DNA of 63,202 bases from Candidatus Zixiibacteriota bacterium. Its GTDB lineage: Bacteria; Zixibacteria; MSB-5A5; RBG-16-43-9. Location of the stretch: the NCBI GenBank assembly GCA_030692925.1, contig JAUYBY010000078.1, forward strand, positions 1 through 63,202. Reading direction: 5' to 3'. Of this stretch, positions 38,434 to 46,287 are shown one piece after another (position 1 is the stretch's first letter; every line of letters begins with the position of its first letter). The position numbers and the translations under genes are program-made. The notes under the pieces are model-generated. The model ran no database searches and was not told the DNA's origin. It was given only the letters and a program-made list of their open reading frames with translations.

Positions 38434-40287
38434 TTAGAAAAAATCCACCATCCACTGAATACAGCTTTCCATCCAGAAAAGATAATCCGAGAAAAACTTG
38501 AAATTGGACCAGTGATGAGGTTCGGTTGAAAGTCCGTTGTTATTGACATTCACGTCCAAAACCATTTTATTCTCCGGGTCAAGAATAGCTGACCTGATTT
38601 TGGCTTTGGTCTCAAGCTTTATCTTTACCCATTTATCTTTGCCATCCCAGTTCTCTTTAAGTTTCTCCCCATTCTCCAATTCAATCAGCACTTCTACTGG
38701 CATCATTATGTCACCATTTCGCCTTATCTCCACAGTGGTCTCATAGAGCTTTTCCTTTTTATTTTTAGAATTACCTTTTTGTTCGCTTTTTATCTTTTTC
38801 ACCTCATAATCGCAGGTTTTTGTATCATAAAACCATTCCTTGAAGAAAACATCTAAGTTTTGGTTCGTTACTTTTTCAGCTAATTTTTTAAAATCATCTG
38901 TTTTTGGATGTTTGAATTGGAATTGATTATAATATTCCTTAAGAAAACTACTCATTTCTTCTTTCCCGACGAGATTCTCCAGAAGGTCCAGCACCAGCGA
39001 AGTTTTATAATAGACGTTGACCCCATAGGAGGCCACACTTAAGAACTCCCAGGAGGGCTTGACTATGGGATCCACTTTAGCCGAAGTAGAATATACCAGC
39101 TTAGTCAGATTTTCATCAGAAATTTTCACTCCCCACAGGTCAATGATATTTCCCATTATCCCATATTCGTTTTCCATGATTTTTCGAGTGGTGTAAGTGG
39201 TCATCCCTTCGTCCAGCCAGGCTTCTTCAGCTTCATTTGAAGCCACTATCCCGTACCACCACTGATGCACCAGCTCGTGGATAATAATCCACTCATCCAG
39301 CCTTACATTTTCTGGAGTAAAAGGCAAATCCGGAGGCATGGTAATAAACATCGGGGATTCCATAGCTCCGCCTAAACCTATGCTACTATTTGCTACAACT
39401 AATTTTTTATATGGGTATTTTCCAAAGTGTGAATTACAATATTTGAGAACCGCCTCAACCCCTTTTACCCATCTGGGGAATCTATATAAATCTCCTGGCA
39501 GAAAGAGGAAAACCACCTCAACCCCATCTATGTTTACTTTCCTGACCTTAAAGTCGGGAGAGGCAGCCCAAGCGAAATCATGCACCTTCTCCGCATGAAA
39601 ACTAACCGTCTTTGTGGAATCAGGATTATTCTTCTCAGCGGTGATATAACCTGTACCGTCGATGACATATTTTAAAGGAAGGGTGATGGAGACATCATAG
39701 GTTCCGAAATCCGAGAAGAATTCAGTCATATAATGATTGGGGAAATTTCTCCAGGTGCCATTTTGCTCCAGCACAGCCATCTTGGGGAACCACTCGCACA
39801 GAAGAAAGTTATCCTCATCATACCCCAGGCGGAAGCTGATCTTCGGTAACTTCAGCTCAAATTCGCAAGATAGCTCGATTTTTTTGCCCGGCTCCAGAGG
39901 CTCAGGCAGAGATATGCTCATAACCGTTTCATTCAACCGATAGCTGACTTCCCCTCTTTCATCCTCGACTGTTTTTATCTTTAAATACCCCTGATATTCT
40001 TCCTTCTTCATCAGTTCTTTGAGATATCCGCTTTCTTTGACAAAAATGGTCGAGTCTGAGGAAAAAGCATTCGGAAAAAGGTGGAGATACAGGGTATCAA
40101 GGTCTTTGGTGGAGGTATTCAAAAAGGAGATTTTCTCCTGCCCGGAGATTAACTTCTTTTTGACATCCAACTTGACGTCGATTTTGTAAGAAGCTGTAGG
40201 GATATATTCTGCGAAGACCTTAGAACTGAAAAAAACGAAGAGGAAGACTAAAAGGAAAAATCTAATCGGTCTTAATTTTCCGTTCAT
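38434..40287 (-). CDS. M1 family aminopeptidase, exported
   Basis: GGAMESP, HELVHQWW, WLDEG, Y.K motifs; signal peptide. Confidence 0.92.
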   Translation of the reverse strand: MNGKLRPIRFFLLVFLFVFFSSKVFAEYIPTASYKIDVKLDVKKKLISGQEKISFLNTSTKDLDTLYLHLFPNAFSSDSTIFVKESGYLKELMKKEEYQGYLKIKTVEDERGEVSYRLNETVMSISLPEPLEPGKKIELSCEFELKLPKISFRLGYDEDNFLLCEWFPKMAVLEQNGTWRNFPNHYMTEFFSDFGTYDVSITLPLKYVIDGTGYITAEKNNPDSTKTVSFHAEKVHDFAWAASPDFKVRKVNIDGVEVVFLFLPGDLYRFPRWVKGVEAVLKYCNSHFGKYPYKKLVVANSSIGLGGAMESPMFITMPPDLPFTPENVRLDEWIIIHELVHQWWYGIVASNEAEEAWLDEGMTTYTTRKIMENEYGIMGNIIDLWGVKISDENLTKLVYSTSAKVDPIVKPSWEFLSVASYGVNVYYKTSLVLDLLENLVGKEEMSSFLKEYYNQFQFKHPKTDDFKKLAEKVTNQNLDVFFKEWFYDTKTCDYEVKKIKSEQKGNSKNKKEKLYETTVEIRRNGDIMMPVEVLIELENGEKLKENWDGKDKWVKIKLETKAKIRSAILDPENKMVLDVNVNNNGLSTEPHHWSNFKFFSDYLFWMESCIQWMVDFF

Positions 40288-40314
40288 CTCATCCTTTGGG
40301 GAACGCTCGAAAAA

Positions 40315-41283
40315 TCATTCCGATTCTTTATTCTCAAGCTGATCTTTATCCATTAAAACCTGAAGATGAGCCTCAACTGAAGAAGCTAAGGCTTTGAGAT
40401 TATACCCGCCCTCCAGGACTGAGACTATCTTTTCCTGACAGGTTTCCTCTGCTAATCTTTTTACCACCTGGGTTATTCTTTTAAACCCTTTTTCCGTCAA
40501 ATTGAGATTGGTCAGCGGATCGTCCTTATGCCCGTCGAAGCCTGCAGAGATGAAAATAAAATCCGGGACGAATTTCAAAGCCGCCGGATAAAGTATGGTC
40601 TCAAAAACCTCTATATACTCTAAATCCCCGCTCCCGGCAAACATAGGAATGTTCAAGGTATAACCCAGACCTTCCCCCTGCCCTTTTTCGCCTTCTTTTC
40701 CGGTGCCGGGATAGAAAGGATACTGGTGAATGCTGAAATAATATACTGAGGGGTCAGAATAGAAAGCTTTTTGAGTGCCGTTTCCGTGATGCGCATCCCA
40801 GTCCACAATCAGCACTTTTTTCAGCCCATATTTTTCCTGAACGTACCTTGCTCCCACTGCCACATTATTGAATATACAGAAACCCATCCCTCTGTTTGGC
40901 TCAGCATGGTGACCCGGAGGACGGACTGCGCAGAAGGCGTTTTTGACTTTTCCCTGTAACACTCCATCCACTCCTGCTAAAACCCCTCCCACAGCTAAAA
41001 GAGCAACCCGGTAAGTCTCTGAGGTGATAACCGTATCCGCATCCAGATGGCTGGGAGCATGTCTGGAGAACTCTTCTACCATCTGGATATATTCCCGTAG
41101 GTGAATCTTCTCTACCCACTCCAGAGAGGGATTATGCGGATCCATACGCTCCATCTCCGGAAGGTACTTTTTTTTCTCCAGGTGGTCCATCAGAAAGGAA
41201 AGCCGGGAAGGGTTTTCCGGATGACCTATCCCGGTCTCGTGCTTCAGATAATCCGGATGATATACTAATCCAGTAATTGACAT
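40315..41283 (-). CDS. histone deacetylase / acetylpolyamine amidohydrolase family protein
   Basis: HPENP.R, RPPGHHA, GFCIFNN, DWDAHHGNGTQ, SAGFD, LEGGY. Confidence 0.95.
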   Translation of the reverse strand: MSITGLVYHPDYLKHETGIGHPENPSRLSFLMDHLEKKKYLPEMERMDPHNPSLEWVEKIHLREYIQMVEEFSRHAPSHLDADTVITSETYRVALLAVGGVLAGVDGVLQGKVKNAFCAVRPPGHHAEPNRGMGFCIFNNVAVGARYVQEKYGLKKVLIVDWDAHHGNGTQKAFYSDPSVYYFSIHQYPFYPGTGKEGEKGQGEGLGYTLNIPMFAGSGDLEYIEVFETILYPAALKFVPDFIFISAGFDGHKDDPLTNLNLTEKGFKRITQVVKRLAEETCQEKIVSVLEGGYNLKALASSVEAHLQVLMDKDQLENKESE

Positions 41284-41415
41284 TTTTTTATTAACTGTTC
41301 AGAAGCTCTTCTCTTTTACCTTTAAGCCTGATCATCAAGTATAATTAAACTTTTCAGTAAGGAGAAGTCAAGTAAGTTAGAATGATTTTTTCAGTTATCA
41401 AAAGGCGAGGAAACC

Positions 41416-41538
41416 TGCTCCTTGTTGGTCTCCAGACCAACAAGGTTCCTTTGGTGCTTTGATTAACGAGGCTCCGTTGGTGAGGACACCAACGGAAAGC
41501 GAGGGAATGCTGGTCGTTGGTCTCCTGACCAACGACCA
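41416..41538. repeat. REP array downstream of the RAYT gene (A, degenerate, B, A)
   Basis: GTTGGTCTCC[A/T]GACCAAC and GTTGGTGAGGACACCAAC hairpins. Confidence 0.9.
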
Positions 41539-41539
41539 A

Positions 41540-42085
41540 TCATACAAGGTCTCTAGGATCGGTCAATTTAAAGAACTTAAAAGGTTTCTCAGATAAGTAA
41601 TAGGCTGCGCTTGAATAAGGGTGGTCCTCTGGATAATCAACTAATCTCCATTCAGGTTGAATCGGATTATTATGAATATATTCAGCTTTCTGTAATAGAA
41701 ATTTAGCTGAATAGATATTTTTAAAGTTAGTGTCCCTCTTCCAGATTTGATATAATCTATCCTTCTTTTTCACCATAAATTTACTCAATAAATGAGGATC
41801 TGTTTCTTTCATAACCTTAATTATCTGGTTGGCGGTAAATTTGTGGAAATCCTGGTTTACTTTTTCCATTCTATTCTCGCCTAAGAGTTTTAGAATGAGA
41901 TGAAGGTGATCCGGCATTAAGACAAATGCATAAATATTAACCCATTCATTCCTGGTAATAAAATTCAGACTATCTAAGATTATATCAACATAGATAACAT
42001 CGTGAAAAATAGGAACCCATTTAATAATGGTAGAAGTGACAAAGAAAAGATGTTCTTTTTCAAAATCTCTTACTTGTTGTTTCAT
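41540..42085 (-). mobile_element. REP-associated tyrosine transposase (RAYT/TnpA-REP, HUH Y1 family)
   Basis: FFVTST, AFVLMPDHLHLIL (HUH), FHKFTA, QIWKR, EYIHNNP (catalytic Tyr), YSSA; flanked on both sides by palindromic repeats. Confidence 0.92.
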
Positions 42086-42097
42086 ATAATTCTACCC

Positions 42098-42289
42098 CTT
42101 GGTTGGTGAGGACACCAACCGAGAGCATCGTCTTGCTCCTTGTTGGTCTCCTGACCAACAAGGAGCAATGTATCTATAGACAACAGGGCTCCGTTGGTGG
42201 GGACACCAACGGAGAGCACAGTTCTGCTGGTCGTTGGTCTCCTGACCAACGAGGCCTCCCCCTGTTGGTGAGGACACCAACAGGAAGCA
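42098..42289. repeat. REP array upstream of the RAYT gene (B, A, B, A, B)
   Basis: five alternating hairpins starting at 42102, 42142, 42193, 42233, 42264. Confidence 0.92.
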
Positions 42290-42300
42290 ACCGATTTCTT

Positions 42301-43665
42301 TCACACTTTCTTGGTTTTCCATCTTCCCAACTTAAACCAGAGAGCTAAAGCTACCCCCTTAGCTATTGAAGTCAAGGTTATCGCCCACCATATCCCGGAG
42401 ACACCGAGATTTAGCTTAATAGCTAAGAGGTAAGCTAAGGGAATCCTCAAAAGGGAGCCAGGCACTGAGACTATCATCGGTGGAAAGGTATTACCTGCCC
42501 CGGAAAAGGCTCCCTCCAGAACTATCTCTATTGCCATAAAGATTTGAGATAGAGCCATAATTCGCAGGTAATTAATTCCAATTTTAATAACTTTCTCATC
42601 TGATATGAAAAAAGCTGAAATATATTGTGGAATGGACAGAAACAGCACCGAGATAAAGCCAGTGATGGTAATCGCAATCAAGACTGTTCTCCAGGCTGAT
42701 TTCTCAGCCCTTTCCGGTTTTTTCGCTCCTAAGTTCTGACCAACTAAGGCAGCCGCCGCCATGGAGAATCCAAAGCAGGTAAGGTAGGACAAAGATTCAG
42801 ACCTGTTTCCTATGCCTAAAGCCGCAATAGCATCAGTTCCAAAATGAGCAGTTATCTTATTTAGAAATAAATAGACCAAGCTGAAGACTATTCCAGCAAT
42901 TGAGGTCGGTGCTCCAATTTTGACAATCCGGTAGATCGTTTTAAGCTCAAGTTTTGGCTGATGTTTTAAACTTAACCTGAAAGGAAGTTTTCCTTTAACT
43001 ATGTAACTTTTAAAAAGCATCACAGCTAAGAATTGGGAAATAACTGTAGCTATTGCTGCCCCGGATGCTCCCATCTTAGGAAAAGGACCCAAACCGAAGA
43101 TCAAGACCGGATCTAATAAGATATTAAAGCTCACTGCTATCAGAGCCACCTTTAAAGGGGTCTTGGTATCTCCTGAGGCTCTGAAGATACCGCTTAAGAT
43201 ATCTATCAGGAAAAAAAGTGGAGCACCCAAGAAAATTATGCGCAGATATTTCGTTCCAATTGCGGTGACCTCCTGAGGAGTCCCCATCAGATTGAAAAAT
43301 TGGGGAGTCAAAATTATTCCCATAACAGCCAAGAGGGATGAGCCTATCAGTGCAAAAAGAAAAGCCTGTTCTGAGATGTGGGATGCCTGAGACAGGTCTT
43401 TCGCTCCGATAGACCTTGAGACTAAAGCCACCACCCCGATGGAGATAATTGCCGCTAACGAATAAATAATCCAGATAACGAAAACTGAGGAGATCACCGC
43501 AGCTAAGTAGGTTGCTCCCAACTTTCCTACCCAGAAGGCATTGGCAATCGAGAAGAAAGTCTCCAGAAACATAGAGGTAACCGCAGGCCAGGCAAGATGC
43601 AAGATATTTTTGGTGATATTTCCAGAAGTTAAATCTATAACTTTTTGCTCTTTTATTTCTACCAT
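42301..43665 (-). CDS. MATE family efflux transporter
   Basis: about 12 TM segments; LAWP, GDTKTP, NILLDPVLIFG, GA.GAAIAT, VGQNLGA. Confidence 0.93.
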   Translation of the reverse strand: MVEIKEQKVIDLTSGNITKNILHLAWPAVTSMFLETFFSIANAFWVGKLGATYLAAVISSVFVIWIIYSLAAIISIGVVALVSRSIGAKDLSQASHISEQAFLFALIGSSLLAVMGIILTPQFFNLMGTPQEVTAIGTKYLRIIFLGAPLFFLIDILSGIFRASGDTKTPLKVALIAVSFNILLDPVLIFGLGPFPKMGASGAAIATVISQFLAVMLFKSYIVKGKLPFRLSLKHQPKLELKTIYRIVKIGAPTSIAGIVFSLVYLFLNKITAHFGTDAIAALGIGNRSESLSYLTCFGFSMAAAALVGQNLGAKKPERAEKSAWRTVLIAITITGFISVLFLSIPQYISAFFISDEKVIKIGINYLRIMALSQIFMAIEIVLEGAFSGAGNTFPPMIVSVPGSLLRIPLAYLLAIKLNLGVSGIWWAITLTSIAKGVALALWFKLGRWKTKKV

Positions 43666-43679
43666 GATTTTTTCTCACC

Positions 43680-43846
43680 TGTCATTCTGAGGGAGTCCAG
43701 ATGGACGACCGAAGAATCTGTCGAATTTGACCTTGAGGCAGATTCTTCGCCCTGCGGGCTCAGAATGACAAAATAACACTTCCCGCACAGTCACTTTTAA
43801 CCTCCGACCAACAAGGCTCCATTGGTGAGGACACCAACGGAGAGCA
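43680..43846. repeat. TGTCATTCTGAG element followed by a partial A and a B GTTGG-type REP
   Basis: matches 19043-19136; CTCCATTGGTGAGGACACCAACGGAG at 43817-43842. Confidence 0.8.
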
Positions 43847-43876
43847 GTGCTTTCTCCTTGCCTTTAGCTTGTAGCT

Positions 43877-44746
43877 TTAAGCCTTAAGACTATAGACTGT
43901 TTTTCCCGCATGATACGAGCTTCTCACCAGAGGACCTGATTCCACTCTCATAAAACCAATCTTTTCGCCTGTTTTTCTGAGCTTCTCAAAATCCTCAGGC
44001 GGATAATATTTCACAACCGGGAGATGCTTATCCGAAGGAGAAAGATACTGTCCTATAGTGAGCAGGTCACACTTGATGTCTTTCAGGTCTTGCATCAGTT
44101 CAATTATCTCCTCCCATTCCTCTCCCATACCGATGATAATTCCGGACTTGGTCAGGATGGAACTGTCATAATCCTTTGAAGCTCGAAGCAGATTCAAAGA
44201 CCTTTGATAGTCCGCGCCTTTTCTGACTATGGGATAAAGTCTTTTCACCGTTTCCAGGTTATGATTCAAAACGAAAGGTTTTTCCGTGAGAACGATCTTC
44301 AATGATTCAAGGTCACCTTTAAAATCCGGGACCAAAACCTCAACTTTACATTCCAGATTTGATTCTCTTATCTTTTTTATCACTTCAGCAAAGTGCGAAG
44401 CTCCTCCATCTTCCAAATCATCCCTGGTTACTGAGGTGATCACCACATACTCCAGACCCAATTTTCTTACCGCCTCAGCGATGTGCAGAGGTTCTGAGAC
44501 ACCTAAAGGTAAAGGGACTCCTCTATCTACATCACAAAAACTACAACCTCGGGTGCAAATTCTGCCTAAGATCAGGAAGGTTGCTGTTTTTTCCTCAAAA
44601 CAGGTCCCAATATTAGGACAGTTCGCCTCCTGACAGACCGTATGCAGATCAAGCAAGGATAAAAGGGACTTGACCTTTCTATAATTCTCCCCTAACGGAG
44701 GTTTTACCTTTAGCCAGAGAGGAAGTCTTTCTCTTTTGATTTTCAT
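43877..44746 (-). CDS. lipA: lipoyl synthase
   Basis: TVCQEANCPNIGTC, CTRGCSFC radical-SAM motif, VITSVTRDDL.DGGA, GPLVRSSYHA; ORF extension to 44860 is REP-derived. Confidence 0.96.
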   Translation of the reverse strand: MKIKRERLPLWLKVKPPLGENYRKVKSLLSLLDLHTVCQEANCPNIGTCFEEKTATFLILGRICTRGCSFCDVDRGVPLPLGVSEPLHIAEAVRKLGLEYVVITSVTRDDLEDGGASHFAEVIKKIRESNLECKVEVLVPDFKGDLESLKIVLTEKPFVLNHNLETVKRLYPIVRKGADYQRSLNLLRASKDYDSSILTKSGIIIGMGEEWEEIIELMQDLKDIKCDLLTIGQYLSPSDKHLPVVKYYPPEDFEKLRKTGEKIGFMRVESGPLVRSSYHAGKTVYSLKA

Positions 44747-44758
44747 ATCATCCCTTAT

Positions 44759-44918
44759 CTCCGTTGGTGTGGACACCAACGGAGAGCACCACCCTGCTTC
44801 TCGTTGGTCTCCTGACCAACGACCAATTCTTCTGCTCCTTGTTGGTCTCCGAACCAACAAGGTTCCTTTGGTGCTCTGACCAATGAAGCTCAGTTGGTGA
44901 GGACACCTACTGAGAGCT
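44759..44918. repeat. GTTGG-type REP array (B, A, A, degenerate, B)
   Basis: same hairpins as flank the RAYT; ~44832-44917 is a diverged copy of ~41415-41500. Confidence 0.88.
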
Positions 44919-45045
44919 TTGGGCGGGGAAACCCCGCCCTACAGTCTTTCGCCACGCTCACGATACCCGAGTCACGGTCACGGTTCTTTGTCTTTATCCG
45001 TCATTCATCATTCGTAATCCGACATAATCTTTTAAAATTTTTCAA

Positions 45046-45074
45046 TTGACAATCACAAAAATTATCCGTAAAAT
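45046..45074 (+). promoter_or_regulatory. sigma70 promoter of trxB
   Basis: TTGACA-N17-TAAAAT. Confidence 0.7.
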
Positions 45075-45200
45075 AATTTTTAAGCAATCCGTCACGGGCG
45101 GGATAAATTTAACCTGTGGAGGCACAAAAATCAAGTTAAACAGCTTTTTGAGAAATCCTAAATTTAAGTTTTTAGACCATTTTTAAACTCAGAGGATAAA

Positions 45201-46181
45201 ATGCCGGAATTATTCTTCAAAACTCCTATGGAAAGTAAACATCCGGAGGAAAAAGGTAAGGTTTATGATTTGATAATCCTGGGCGGGGGCCCTGCAGGAC
45301 TATCTGCAGCACTTTACGCTGGACGAGCCAGGCTGGATACCCTTTTGATAGAAAAAAATCTGCCCGGAGGACAGATCTCGATTACCGATTGGGTGGAGAA
45401 CTATCCCGGTTTCCCGGAAGGTATAACCGGGCTGGACCTTGCAAAAAAATTTGAGGATCATGCCAGGAAATTCGGAACCAGGATAGTTCTGGAGGAAGTG
45501 GTGGATGTGGACCTCAAATCAGAGCCTAAGATTATTAAGACCTCTCAGGGAGAGTATCGTGCACACGCTATAATTTTAGCCACTGGAAACGAGCCCAGGA
45601 AATTAAATATACCGGGGGAGGAGAAATTTAAAGGCAAGGGTGTATCTTATTGCGCCACCTGTGATGGGCCCTTTTTCAAAGATAAAGACATAGTCATTGT
45701 GGGATGCGGAAATTCCGGGGTTCAGGAAGGACTTTATCTTTTGCGGTTTGTAAAGAGCATCACCTTTGTGGAACGCCTTCAATGTCACAATGCGGAAAAA
45801 ATCCTGATGGAGAGGGCATTGAAAGAGCCGAAGATGAAATTTTATTATGAGCATGAGCTGGTCTCCATTGACGGTAAGGATAAAGTGGAATCTGTAACTG
45901 CCATTAATCTGAAGACCAAGGAGAAAATGGTGATCCCCGTTCAGGGCGTCTTTTTCTACGTAGGATTAGTGCCAAAAACTGAATTCCTGAGAGGAAAGGT
46001 AGACTGCGATCCTTACTGCTATGTCATCTGTAACGAGAACTCCTGCACCTCAGTCCCGGGAGTTTTTGCAGCAGGTGATGTGAGAATGAAAGACGTCAAG
46101 CAGATAGTTACCGCAGTGGCAGAGGGCGCTATTGCGGCAACTATGGCCTTGAAGTATCTGGAAGGGAAAAAGGAAATGTAG
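45201..46181 (+). CDS. trxB: thioredoxin-disulfide reductase
   Basis: GGGPAGLSAA, ENYPGF, GVSYCATCDG, GVFAAGDV. Confidence 0.94.
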   Translation: MPELFFKTPMESKHPEEKGKVYDLIILGGGPAGLSAALYAGRARLDTLLIEKNLPGGQISITDWVENYPGFPEGITGLDLAKKFEDHARKFGTRIVLEEVVDVDLKSEPKIIKTSQGEYRAHAIILATGNEPRKLNIPGEEKFKGKGVSYCATCDGPFFKDKDIVIVGCGNSGVQEGLYLLRFVKSITFVERLQCHNAEKILMERALKEPKMKFYYEHELVSIDGKDKVESVTAINLKTKEKMVIPVQGVFFYVGLVPKTEFLRGKVDCDPYCYVICNENSCTSVPGVFAAGDVRMKDVKQIVTAVAEGAIAATMALKYLEGKKEM

Positions 46182-46287
46182 CGGAGGTCTTCAGACCTCC
46201 ATTTGTCTTTCGTAGTGCGACCCTTTTAGGGTCGCCTATGACTCTGGTGTGTCAACCTTCAGGTCTACCATTAGTAAAGCTAAAGCT

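Noticed and set aside
41540-42085. IS200/IS605 insertion sequence with TnpB
   Set aside because: No tnpB nearby; motifs and multi-copy flanking palindromes fit RAYT better
42098-42289. Possible CRISPR array
   Set aside because: Units alternate between two types in opposite orientation, spacers are short and irregular, copies are dispersed across the window, and the adjacent gene is a RAYT rather than a cas gene
42092-42348. Short ORFs over REP arrays (also 41354-41539, 58666-59191, 30014-30211, 50988-51188)
   Set aside because: Recurring peptides such as LVRTPT, WSGDQQ and RWCPHQR are simply translated REP sequence
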